A stretch of 64,000 bases of DNA, taken from the NCBI GenBank assembly GCA_023485845.1, contig JAMCZE010000001.1:62456-126455 (forward strand), read 5' to 3'. Every line of letters starts with the position of its first letter. Positions within the stretch are counted from its first letter, which is position 1. Made by a program: the position numbers and the translations under genes. Below are positions 1-8,909 of this stretch, piece by piece. The stretch is from Patescibacteria group bacterium. Lineage in GTDB: Bacteria > Patescibacteriota > Microgenomatia > JAMCZE01. A model generated the notes under the pieces. That model had not been told where the DNA came from. It did no database searches and saw only the letters and a list, made by a program, of their open reading frames with translations.

Positions 1-671
1 GCTTTCGCGGTGACATTCTTAATTTATTCTACTATTCTTCGTTGGCGGCTTTTGTTGGTTGGGCAACAGTGAAATTCCGTCAAGAGAAACCAAAGGTCAT
101 TGTTTTGGGCAGTTGGCTTTTGATTGGTGTCTTGGGCGTCGGCTCATATCGGGGAACGCTATATGAGCATTATTTTAATATCCTCTACCCATTGCCGTTT
201 TTGTTTTTAGGCCTAGGCGGCAGTTGGTTATTAAGCAAGAAATATTTATGGGTAATTTTTGTGATCGCCCTGGCCGGTTTGATCTATTTACAGCAGCCAA
301 AGATGTTCTTCTATCAGCCGCCGAACAATCTTCTTACCCAAACACAGGATATTGATAAGATAGTTCTAGCCGAGGCTGACGGCAAGCTCTTTAACTTTGC
401 TTTAATTGCTCCCGGCAACAGCGATCATGCCTATCTCTATTTTCTTGAAATTTGGCACCAATCCCCGGTAACAATCTTAAATTCTGATTTAGATCCGCAG
501 CGAAAAACCGTGACGGACCAATTGATTGTGGTCTGTGAACAGAAAGATTGCGCTCCGCTGGGCAATCCGGCGTGGGAAATTGCCGGCTTCGGCCGCGGAG
601 AAATTGTAGACAAGCTTATCGGCCCCGCTGGGATTATGATCTATAAATTGATACACTACACTGGTAAATGA
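1..671 (+). CDS. 3' portion of a PMT/ArnT-like GT-C membrane glycosyltransferase (5' end lies upstream of the window)
   Basis: The frame is open from nt 3, so the gene begins upstream. TM helices are followed by a soluble C-terminal domain whose end (..PLGNPAWEIAGFG..) parallels the C-terminus of the 30402..31883 paralog (..PAGAPAFEIGTI..). Stop overlaps the next start (ATGA). Confidence 0.5.
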   Translation, partial: FRGDILNLFYYSSLAAFVGWATVKFRQEKPKVIVLGSWLLIGVLGVGSYRGTLYEHYFNILYPLPFLFLGLGGSWLLSKKYLWVIFVIALAGLIYLQQPKMFFYQPPNNLLTQTQDIDKIVLAEADGKLFNFALIAPGNSDHAYLYFLEIWHQSPVTILNSDLDPQRKTVTDQLIVVCEQKDCAPLGNPAWEIAGFGRGEIVDKLIGPAGIMIYKLIHYTGK

Positions 672-1447
672 AAAAAGTTTATCTTTCCGTGGTGATTCCC
701 TCATATAACGAGACGGAGAATTTGCGCCGGGGGGTGTTGGAGGAGGTTAAAAGCTACCTGTCCAAGCAAAAATATTCCTGGGAAGTGATTGTGTCCGATG
801 ATGCCTCGCCGGATGAAGAGTCGCGCCGGCTGGCCAAAGATTTTTGTGATCGAAATAGGGGTTTCACTTATTTGCAGAACCAGCACGGTGGCAAGCCGCT
901 GGCGGTTTGGGCCGGAATTCAAAAAGCCGTTGGGGAATTAGTTTTATTCACCGATATGGACCAGTCAACCCCCATCGGCGAGTTGGAAAAGTTGCTGCCG
1001 TATTTTGACCGGGGTTTTGACGTGGTCATCGGCAGCCGGGGATTGGAAAGGAAAAACTTTTCCCTGTTCCGCCAGTTGGCCTCATTTATCTTTCGTAACA
1101 TTCGCCGCTCGGTGCTGTTGCGAAAAATTGTGGACACCCAAGCCGGGTTTAAGTGTCTGCGTGCCAGTGTGGCTAGAGAGATTTTCCCGGTGATGGACGT
1201 GATCGCCAGTGCCGGAAAAGGATCGCAAGGTTGGACAGTAACGTCGTTTGATGTGGAAATGCTGGTGATTGCCCAAGACCGCGGTTATAAAATTGCCGAA
1301 GTGCCGGTTTCCTGGGCGGATCGGGACATCTCGGTGGCTAAAGCCGCCGAACGGGGCCAGGGGAAATTTATCAAAGAATCCATCGATATGCTCCAGGAAG
1401 TCTACCGAGTCAAATTTAACCAACTGCGCGGCCGATACAAAAAATGA
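668..1447 (+). CDS. GT2 glycosyltransferase, soluble DPM1-like polyprenol-phosphate sugar synthase type
   Basis: N-terminal VVIPSYNE..SDDAS..D.D signature of GT-A/GT2. Paralog of 31880..32635. ATGA overlap with upstream gene. Confidence 0.8.
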   Translation: MKKVYLSVVIPSYNETENLRRGVLEEVKSYLSKQKYSWEVIVSDDASPDEESRRLAKDFCDRNRGFTYLQNQHGGKPLAVWAGIQKAVGELVLFTDMDQSTPIGELEKLLPYFDRGFDVVIGSRGLERKNFSLFRQLASFIFRNIRRSVLLRKIVDTQAGFKCLRASVAREIFPVMDVIASAGKGSQGWTVTSFDVEMLVIAQDRGYKIAEVPVSWADRDISVAKAAERGQGKFIKESIDMLQEVYRVKFNQLRGRYKK

Positions 1448-2496
1448 TTATCTTTTTCTATCTTCTTGTCTTAGCCGTCCTTGGCGTTTATTCCTATTCG
1501 CAGATTGACCTTAATCTAACTCTTCTCCAAACACCGTGGTTCCTTTCTTTCCAGCACTTGATGATTCAACTTGGTTATTTTAATCGTCTGCTCTCGACGG
1601 CCATTTTTGCCGGATTGTTGCTTTTGCTCTTTTTATTCTACCTTCTCCTTTTGCGACAGAAACCGAATTTGTTCATTCTGGTTGCCGGGGTGGTGGTCCT
1701 GACGCTGTTTGCCTACCCGGCTTTCTCCCATGATTTTTTTAATTATCTTTTTGACGCGAGAATAGTTACCCACTATGGCCAAAATCCTTACTTTTTTAAA
1801 GCCCTGGATTTCCCCACCGACACTTGGACGCGGTTTATGCAGTGGACGCACCGGACCTATCCCTATGGCCCCATCTGGCTGGCTCTCACCGTGCCGCTTT
1901 CCTATCTTGGCTTTGGTAAGTTTATTCTCACCGTTTTTAATTTTAAAATCATGTTTGCCGCGGCCTATGTTGGCTCGGTGGTTTTGATAAAAAAGTTGTC
2001 CGGAGTGAAGAACGCTCTTTTTTTTGCTGCTAACCCATTGGTCATTATTGAGGGACTGGTTAGCCCGCATTTAGATGCGGTAATGGCCTTCTTTTTTCTT
2101 TTTGCCCTTTATCTTTTGCCCCGGCAACGGTTATTGGCAATGATTTCTGTTTTACTCTCCGGGGGGGTTAAGTTTTTGACCTTTGTCACCCTGCCGTTTT
2201 TTTTCTGGCCGAAAAAAATAGTCGAGCGGTCCTTAGTTATGCTTTTGCTGGTTTTAATTCCGGTGATCATACTACGAGAAGCCTATTCCTGGTATTTCCT
2301 GCCACCATTGGCGGTGGTGGCGCTGATTAACAATCGGACCCTTTGGATTCTGGCGGTGGCCACCACTTTCGGATTACTGCTGCGTTATTTGCCCTTTCTC
2401 TATCTTGGCCAGGAAAGTTTGGCCCCGGAGAATCTTTTGACAATTGTTCCGGTGGTGCTATGCGGTTTAGGTCTTACCTTTTACCGGCGGCGCTGA
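1444..2496 (+). CDS. Polytopic membrane protein, GT-C superfamily (DUF2029/GT87-like mannosyltransferase-like)
   Basis: About 9 predicted TM helices. Loop motif SHDFFNYLFDARI..GQNPYFF..YPYGP is shared with 27612..28976 and 5461..6588. No HMM was run. Confidence 0.55.
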   Translation: MIIFFYLLVLAVLGVYSYSQIDLNLTLLQTPWFLSFQHLMIQLGYFNRLLSTAIFAGLLLLLFLFYLLLLRQKPNLFILVAGVVVLTLFAYPAFSHDFFNYLFDARIVTHYGQNPYFFKALDFPTDTWTRFMQWTHRTYPYGPIWLALTVPLSYLGFGKFILTVFNFKIMFAAAYVGSVVLIKKLSGVKNALFFAANPLVIIEGLVSPHLDAVMAFFFLFALYLLPRQRLLAMISVLLSGGVKFLTFVTLPFFFWPKKIVERSLVMLLLVLIPVIILREAYSWYFLPPLAVVALINNRTLWILAVATTFGLLLRYLPFLYLGQESLAPENLLTIVPVVLCGLGLTFYRRR

Positions 2497-3743
2497 TTAT
2501 TTTTGGTTTGGCGCTGCGGTTCTATCAACTCCAAACCCGGGCGGGATTTGATTTTGATCAGGAAACAGCGGCCTGGTGGGTGCGGGATTTGTTGGTCAAC
2601 CATAAATTCTCTCTGATCGGCCAAGAAATCTCTGTCGGCGGAGTGTTTATTGGCCCGGCCTTCTATTACTTGTTGGCAGTTTTTTATGCTCTTTTTCGCT
2701 TTGATCCGGTGGCCGGCAATGTCATGGTGACGGTGGTTGCCGGAGCGACAATGTTAATGGTATATCTTGCCGCCCGTCGGTTGTTTGACCAAAAAACAGC
2801 CCTTTTATCCTTATTTCTTTATGCCATTTCTTCCTCACTGATTTTTTATGACCGGACAGTGGCGCCCTCAAATCTAATTATGCTCTTGTCGGTGGCAGCG
2901 CTCTATTTTCTTCTTCGACAATCATATTTTTGGTTAGGGGTGATTACCGGTCTGTCATTTAGTGTCCATCCGACGGCCGTGCTTCTTTTACCAATCATTT
3001 TTCTTTATAAAATTAAAATTACCAAAAGGCAATTATCGCTGTTCACTATTCCGGTGCTGCTTTTGGTTTCTCCGCTAATTATTTTTGACCTGCGGCACCA
3101 ATTTCTTAATATTCTCGGATTGGTTCACGGACTAGCCTCGTCGGGGATTGTTGACAGTGCTTATCCGGTGCCGTTTAAATTTTTGATTAATCTGCGGATT
3201 TTATTTGTTTCCTTGGCCCAGGTTGTGCTGCCGATAAATAACTGGTTAGTGAAATTCGCCATGGTTGGAATGGTGGGGTGGGCCATAAGAAAAAAGCGGC
3301 CGGCATGGTTATGGATTTTAACGCCGGCGGTGGCTTTAAGTTTCTACCGCCTCCATGTGCCGGAATATTATTTCTTAATGGTTTTTCCGGTGGTGCTGAT
3401 CCATTTTGGAAACTGGCTTTCTCGTTGGCCAAAAGTTTTTCTGGGGCTGTTTCTGGGCGTCACCGTCTTTTTTAATTTGCAGAATTTCTTCGCCTTTCGC
3501 AATCCAGTGAATCTAGCGGACAAAAAGGCGGCCGTTGCCACCATTGCCGCCCAGTCTGCCGGCGCCACAGTGGCTGTTAATGTTAACGCCGACCTGGGGC
3601 AAAATAACGGGTTTAATTATCTGTTCACTTTCTACCATCTGCGACTCTCGAGCGACGCTGATAAAAAATTTACGATTTTTGTGCCCTCACAACGATCCAC
3701 GGCCAGTGGGGAAATATTTGGTAATATTAAGGTGGTCCGATGA
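2460..3743 (+). CDS. GT-C glycosyltransferase, ArnT/PMT (GT39/GT83)-like
   Basis: The ORF-track start at 2343 overlaps the upstream gene. Internal ATG at 2460 gives MRFRSYLLPAALIIFGLALRFYQL (N-terminal TM) followed by the FDFDQETAAWW DE-type motif. Paralog of 7428..8909. Confidence 0.6.
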   Translation: MRFRSYLLPAALIIFGLALRFYQLQTRAGFDFDQETAAWWVRDLLVNHKFSLIGQEISVGGVFIGPAFYYLLAVFYALFRFDPVAGNVMVTVVAGATMLMVYLAARRLFDQKTALLSLFLYAISSSLIFYDRTVAPSNLIMLLSVAALYFLLRQSYFWLGVITGLSFSVHPTAVLLLPIIFLYKIKITKRQLSLFTIPVLLLVSPLIIFDLRHQFLNILGLVHGLASSGIVDSAYPVPFKFLINLRILFVSLAQVVLPINNWLVKFAMVGMVGWAIRKKRPAWLWILTPAVALSFYRLHVPEYYFLMVFPVVLIHFGNWLSRWPKVFLGLFLGVTVFFNLQNFFAFRNPVNLADKKAAVATIAAQSAGATVAVNVNADLGQNNGFNYLFTFYHLRLSSDADKKFTIFVPSQRSTASGEIFGNIKVVR

Positions 3744-5464
3744 AGAAAAAAACTTTTGCCATAATTTTTGCTTTAATTCTCTTGGTTGGTTTGGGATTGC
3801 GGACGTGGCGGCTCAATGATTTACCGGTGGGACTGCACTTTGACGAGGCCCAGGCGGGCTATAATGCTTATCTTCTTGGCCTAACCGGCAAGAACATCCA
3901 AGGCCAATTCCTGCCGATCTATATTGATTCCTGGGGAGACTATCGCCCCGCGCTGGTGGCCTATGCCTCCATCATCCCAGTGAAGCTTTTCGGGTTGTCT
4001 CCTTTTTCCACCCGGTTGCCCATTGCCCTAACCGGAGTGCTCTTGGGAGTGATTGCTTATGTTTTTTGTGTCAAGTTTTTTAAAAACAAAATCATGGGGC
4101 TATTGGCGATGGCATTGGTGATGGTCTCACCATATGGCTTTATCACCAGTCGGGGAACTCTTGAAGGCATCTTTGATGTGGTCCTTAGTCTCGCCGCCGT
4201 CTTGCTGTTGGTGCGGTTCTTTGAGACTAAACATACCCGTTGGCTACCGGCAGTTTATTTCCTTTATCTCCTGGCCTATTTTTCCTATCAAACCTCCCGG
4301 GCCCTCACGCCGTTTTTCTGGCTGGCCACGGTGGGCCTCTGCTTTTGGCAGTTTCGGCCCAATAAAAAATTACTGCTGCTGGTGGTGCTGCCATTAGTGG
4401 CTTATGTGGTCTTTCCTTGGTTTTATTTTTTCCGCACACCGGTGGGCCTGGGCCGTTTTGACCAGGTGAGCGTTTTCACCTATCCGGAAGTCCAACATAA
4501 TTTAAACACGGACATTGCCGAAGATGGTCCGAACGCTAACCCGCTGGTGGTTCGAGTGTTTCATAATAAAGTCCTGGCTTATGCCTTCGACATTGGTCAG
4601 CGCTATGTCACTTTTTTCTCACCCAACCCGATGCTCTTTTCCATGCGGGAGCCGGGGCGCCACTATGTGGAAAATGTCGGGGCAATCACGATGGTGGAAT
4701 TCATCGGCTTTTTGCTGGCGGCGGCTATCTTCCTTAATCGCCGTTACCCACCCTTAACTTATTTACCGCTGGCCCTACTTTTCCTGGCCCCTTTGCCGGC
4801 CGCTCTCACCATTGAGGGTTTTCCTAATTTTTCCCGGATTGTGTTTTTTGTTCCCCTTTGGCAGGTGGTGGCCGCATTTGGTCTGGTGACTTTTTTGAAA
4901 AACAAAAAATTGCTTGTTTTACCGTTAATCCTTCTGGCTGGTTGGCAGTTTATCGCCATGCTCCATGCCTATTTTGTCCACGAGCCGGTGCATTATTGGT
5001 CAATTGACACCCGCAGCACGGAAATGAAAAGTCTGGCTCTCTTTTTGAAAAAAGAGAGAGATGAGAATAAAAATATCATCCTCTCTCAATATGACGGCGG
5101 CTATATCTACTATCTGTTTTATAACCAAATTAATGTTTTCGATGTCCCCGTCGTTAAAACCAGACCATATTTTACCGGCCGGTTTTCTCTTGATGTCATT
5201 GATTTTTCCAAGAATGACTGTGTTGACCCGGATGATCTGATGGCCAAAAAATATGATGTTTTAGTCATGCGGGCTGGCTGCTTCCAACCAAGATTTGGCC
5301 GGGAGATTAGCCAGTTTAAGCGTTCCGACGGATCGCTGGTGCTTCGCGCCTACGATCTAACCGGATCGGCCTCCCAGATTTATCTTGATTATTTTGAGTC
5401 AGTGCCAAATAAACAGACAATTAATAATATCCGTGGAGCAATGGGCTTTTCTCTCTTGCCATGA
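3740..5464 (+). CDS. GT-C glycosyltransferase, PMT/ArnT (GT39/GT83) family
   Basis: AAGGTGG RBS 6 nt upstream of ATG. N-terminal TM then LHFDEAQAGYNAY motif (classic H-F-D-E loop-1 of PMT/ArnT). 574 aa polytopic protein. Confidence 0.75.
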   Translation: MKKKTFAIIFALILLVGLGLRTWRLNDLPVGLHFDEAQAGYNAYLLGLTGKNIQGQFLPIYIDSWGDYRPALVAYASIIPVKLFGLSPFSTRLPIALTGVLLGVIAYVFCVKFFKNKIMGLLAMALVMVSPYGFITSRGTLEGIFDVVLSLAAVLLLVRFFETKHTRWLPAVYFLYLLAYFSYQTSRALTPFFWLATVGLCFWQFRPNKKLLLLVVLPLVAYVVFPWFYFFRTPVGLGRFDQVSVFTYPEVQHNLNTDIAEDGPNANPLVVRVFHNKVLAYAFDIGQRYVTFFSPNPMLFSMREPGRHYVENVGAITMVEFIGFLLAAAIFLNRRYPPLTYLPLALLFLAPLPAALTIEGFPNFSRIVFFVPLWQVVAAFGLVTFLKNKKLLVLPLILLAGWQFIAMLHAYFVHEPVHYWSIDTRSTEMKSLALFLKKERDENKNIILSQYDGGYIYYLFYNQINVFDVPVVKTRPYFTGRFSLDVIDFSKNDCVDPDDLMAKKYDVLVMRAGCFQPRFGREISQFKRSDGSLVLRAYDLTGSASQIYLDYFESVPNKQTINNIRGAMGFSLLP

Positions 5465-6588
5465 AGATTTTTGCTTTCCCTCTTAGCTTAGCAACGGTTA
5501 TTTTTCTGGGCTTTCAGCAACGCTGGCACTACACTTTAAGTGGGGATCTAATTAACTACTACTATCCGATTGCCCGGCATGTTTGGACCGCAGGCACACT
5601 GATTTATCCGCCCGGGGCCAATCTCTTCTTTCTGTCTTTGCCGGCGATGTCTTTTAGTATTTATCAAGTTGCTTTTATTTGTGTCGATATAATTTTTCTT
5701 TTAATTTTGTTGGCACTGACCAAGAAACCGATAATGCTCGGGCTATTAATCCTGGCAGCCGGACCGATCATCCTGTTTCGCTTTGATCTTTTGGTGGTCA
5801 CACTAATGGTTGCCGCCTTAGTGTTTTTTCAGCGGCTCCGTTATGGTCTTTCTGGATTTTTCTTGGGGCTGGCCGTGGCCACGAAAATTTTCCCCATCGT
5901 TCTGTTGCCATATTTGTTGTTAGTGGCTGGGCGAAAGTTCGGGAGATTTCTTCTGGCCTTTGTCGCTGCCATTGTTTTGGTTTTTCTCGTTTATGCTGGG
6001 ACCACCGGCCAAAGTATGCCGGCAATCATTGCCAACATGGGTTTTGTTTTTTCCGGGACGGTGCATATGGAATCCGTGCTGGGAACGGTGCTAACCATGG
6101 TGACGGCCTTCACCAATCCCGGACCGCATGGTGTCAGCTTTGTGGCTGCTGTTTGGGCCCTGGATCCGCTGTATTATTTGGGTCATGAGCGGCTTTTCCG
6201 GCTTCTTCTCCCCGTGAGCATAGCTGTAATCTATTTAATTATCTTTCTGCGCCGTCCGAGAATGCTGGACATATCCGTCTGCTTACTGCTTATCGGCACG
6301 ATGATTGCCGCTTCGCAACTTTTCTCACCGCAATACATGATTTGGCTGGCCTTCCTCTTGCCGCTGGCAAAGAACAACAGGGTCAACAGTATTCTTGTGT
6401 TGGCGGCGCTGGTTTGCACCCAATTAATTTATCCTTTAAACTATGGCGAATTGATTGACTTTTTTAACAAGGGGGCCAATTTACATTTATTTCTAATTCT
6501 GGCCGCTAGGAATTTTCTGTTAGTTGCCTTTGTCTGGCGCCTGGTAAAATATGAACTCTTGCCGATTCTGCCGGCGAAAAAGTCTTAA
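5461..6588 (+). CDS. Polytopic membrane protein, DUF2029/GT87-like GT-C
   Basis: Motifs SGDLINYYYP..YPPGA and LAVATKIFP; about 10 TM helices; ATGA overlap. Confidence 0.5.
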   Translation: MKIFAFPLSLATVIFLGFQQRWHYTLSGDLINYYYPIARHVWTAGTLIYPPGANLFFLSLPAMSFSIYQVAFICVDIIFLLILLALTKKPIMLGLLILAAGPIILFRFDLLVVTLMVAALVFFQRLRYGLSGFFLGLAVATKIFPIVLLPYLLLVAGRKFGRFLLAFVAAIVLVFLVYAGTTGQSMPAIIANMGFVFSGTVHMESVLGTVLTMVTAFTNPGPHGVSFVAAVWALDPLYYLGHERLFRLLLPVSIAVIYLIIFLRRPRMLDISVCLLLIGTMIAASQLFSPQYMIWLAFLLPLAKNNRVNSILVLAALVCTQLIYPLNYGELIDFFNKGANLHLFLILAARNFLLVAFVWRLVKYELLPILPAKKS

Positions 6589-7441
6589 GTTGCTTTTTCC
6601 CGCTAACAAAGAAGAAATAATCTCCGATCCAACGGCGTTTGCCTGCACCAATTGTGGCTTTGGCTCTCACGGGCCGATTGTGAGATGTCAGTTTTGCAAA
6701 ATGATCTATCTTGATGAAAAAATTTCCCAAAGGCAAATCAGCACTTACTATGAAGTTGCAAAAGATCCACTATATTTCTCCGAACAAAATGCCCGGAGAA
6801 AAACATTTAGCAGTTACCTGAAAAGATTGGAGCGGGCATTTCCTGAAAAGGGAAGATTGCTAGATATCGGGACCAACACCGGACTATTTGTCCGGCTGGC
6901 CCTGGATCAAGGATGGCAAGCCAAGGGGTTAGAGCCCAATCGTTGGGCGGTGGAGTTCGCCAAAAAGAACTACCAAATTAATCTAATAAATAAGCCGTTT
7001 GAGAGAAACACTTTTCCCAAAAATAGCTTTGAAGTGATTACCATGTGGGATGTGATTGAGCATTTCACCGATCCGGTGGCGGAGATAGAAAAAGTCTACC
7101 ATCAACTTAAGCCGGGGGGGTTGTTTGCTTTTTCCACAGTTGATCCGGAGAGCCTGTTGGCAAAAATCATGGGAACGAAATGGTCCTGGTATATGGACAT
7201 GCACCGGGCATTTTTCAGCCACCGGGCAGCAAAGCATTATTTAAAAAAGATTGGATTTACAAAGGTTGTTTTCCAATCACATTGGCGATTTTTGTCATTG
7301 GGCTATCTGGCGACGCGGCTGGCGGCAATTAATCCGTTGGTTGCGAAAGCGGCCCAGCGGACAATTAGTTTCCTTGGGCTGTCTAAAACAGTGGTGCCTT
7401 ATTACGCCAATGATCTTTTTGACTGTTATGCGTATAAGTAA
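6551..7441 (+). CDS. Class I SAM-dependent methyltransferase with N-terminal CxxC zinc ribbon
   Basis: CRFC..CTNC..CQFC cysteine pairs, then LLDIGTNTGLF (motif I, GxGxG-like) and ITMWDVIEH..LKPGGLF (post-II/III motifs). Confidence 0.75.
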   Translation: MNSCRFCRRKSLKLLFPANKEEIISDPTAFACTNCGFGSHGPIVRCQFCKMIYLDEKISQRQISTYYEVAKDPLYFSEQNARRKTFSSYLKRLERAFPEKGRLLDIGTNTGLFVRLALDQGWQAKGLEPNRWAVEFAKKNYQINLINKPFERNTFPKNSFEVITMWDVIEHFTDPVAEIEKVYHQLKPGGLFAFSTVDPESLLAKIMGTKWSWYMDMHRAFFSHRAAKHYLKKIGFTKVVFQSHWRFLSLGYLATRLAAINPLVAKAAQRTISFLGLSKTVVPYYANDLFDCYAYK

Positions 7442-8909
7442 GGTATTACTCATTATTGTTCTATTTGTTCTGGCGGCTTATGTCCGTCTTCTTCCGGCCT
7501 TCTCCGGTAATGTTCATTTTAGTTTCGATCAGGGGTTGGACATGATTATGACCAAACAATTGGTGGTGGACCACAAAATTAATTTAATCAGCCGCTATAG
7601 CGGTTTGCAGGGAGTGTTGATGGGGCCAGTGTGGACCTGGACCCTGGCGATTCCTTTTGCTGCCAGCGGGGGGAACCCGGCGGCCAACATCGTTTTTCTG
7701 TCGGCGCTTTGCTTAGGAAGTGCCCTATTAATGTTTTTTTTGCTGCGGTGGGAATTTGGTTGGCCAACAGCTTTTCTAACCCTAATTATTGCTCTTTTCT
7801 CACCACAATTTGTTTCTAATTCCCAAGTGGTCTTAAGCCCTAACCCACTAACGTTCTTATTTTTCTTTTATCTCTGGGGGATTAATAAGAAAAATTGGTT
7901 ATTGACTTGGGTGTTAGTGGGAATTTTTTTTCAATTAGAGCTGGCTTTTGCCATCATCACCCTGTTCCCACTGCTGATTTATTTTTTCTTGTCTAAGCAA
8001 TTTAAGTCAAAACGGTTTTGGCTGGGAGTGGGGGTTTTTGGCCTAACGCTTTTGCCGCAGGCGGTCTTTGACCTTCGCCATAATTTCCTGATTACCAAAA
8101 GCCTGCTCACTTTTCTTTCGGGCAATGATAGCAGCTTATATAAAGAGGGAGTGCCGTTAGTTAGGCGCTTTGGGGAGCGGCTAGCAACTTTCCGGGAGGA
8201 TTTTGCGGCCATGGCGCTTTATTTTCAAGTCGGGGTCTTATCATTAATCACCTTAATTGCTGCTGGCGGCGGTTGGTGGAAAGTTAAAGTGAAACACTTG
8301 AGTAGGGAAATTGTTTGGGGAAAAATGCTACTCATTGTTTTGGGATGTTTCTTTATCGGCTTCACACTTTACCCCGGTTCGCTTTGGGGATGGTATCGGG
8401 CCGGACTGCCGGTTGTTTACATTTTGCTGTTAACAATCCCCATCGGGCGAACTTCAAAGATTTTGGTGGCCGGCTTTGTCCTGGCGTTTCTTGCCCAGGG
8501 ACTATTGCTTGTCAACACACCACAAACCAGCGGTTCCAACCTGTCGGTCCAGGAGCGGGTGTTGGATTATGTTTACACTAGTTCCTCCGGCCAAAATTTT
8601 TTCTCATTTGTCTACACACCACCGGTTTATGACTACATCTGGCAGTATGACTATTGGTGGTATGGCCGGCAGAAATATGGCCGGTTGCCGGATAATTGGC
8701 AAATGTCCGTGCCGCTTCTGGGGGTGGGAACCCAATCGCCGGGGCCGACCGGGCAGGAAAAGTTGATGTATTTAATCATTGAGCCAGATTTTGAGCGCCC
8801 CTGGGCCCCAGCCGGTTGGTTGGAAACCTACATAAAATCCGGTCGTCCCATCTCCCGTCAAACTTTTCCTGGGGGAATTGTTGTTGAGAAGAGAGTGGCC
8901 GCGTTATAA
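7428..8909 (+). CDS. GT-C glycosyltransferase, ArnT/PMT-like (paralog of 2460..3743)
   Basis: Start moved from the track start 7251 to the internal ATG 7428 (MRISKVLLIIVLFVLAAY, overlaps upstream stop by 14 nt). HFSFDQGLDMIM motif and polytopic topology. Confidence 0.6.
   Translation: MRISKVLLIIVLFVLAAYVRLLPAFSGNVHFSFDQGLDMIMTKQLVVDHKINLISRYSGLQGVLMGPVWTWTLAIPFAASGGNPAANIVFLSALCLGSALLMFFLLRWEFGWPTAFLTLIIALFSPQFVSNSQVVLSPNPLTFLFFFYLWGINKKNWLLTWVLVGIFFQLELAFAIITLFPLLIYFFLSKQFKSKRFWLGVGVFGLTLLPQAVFDLRHNFLITKSLLTFLSGNDSSLYKEGVPLVRRFGERLATFREDFAAMALYFQVGVLSLITLIAAGGGWWKVKVKHLSREIVWGKMLLIVLGCFFIGFTLYPGSLWGWYRAGLPVVYILLLTIPIGRTSKILVAGFVLAFLAQGLLLVNTPQTSGSNLSVQERVLDYVYTSSSGQNFFSFVYTPPVYDYIWQYDYWWYGRQKYGRLPDNWQMSVPLLGVGTQSPGPTGQEKLMYLIIEPDFERPWAPAGWLETYIKSGRPISRQTFPGGIVVEKRVAAL

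Noticed and set aside
1633-2070. Numerous 60-155-aa antisense or alternative-frame ORFs in the track (e.g. 489..704, 1633..2070, 10489..10851, 27229..27594, 31963..32430, 39643..40002, 41584..42216)
   Set aside because: They lie wholly inside confidently called GT genes, have Arg/Pro/Gly-rich shadow-frame composition, and carry no motifs. Treated as non-coding.
2343-2459. ORF-track N-terminal extensions that overlap the preceding gene in another frame (2343..2459, 7251..7427, 19900..19956, 28924..28953, 36250..36405, 18091..18114)
   Set aside because: Each extension translates to non-membrane, low-complexity sequence. Each is followed by an internal ATG with an SD and/or a classic N-terminal TM/motif. 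The long overlaps are artifacts of taking the first in-frame start.
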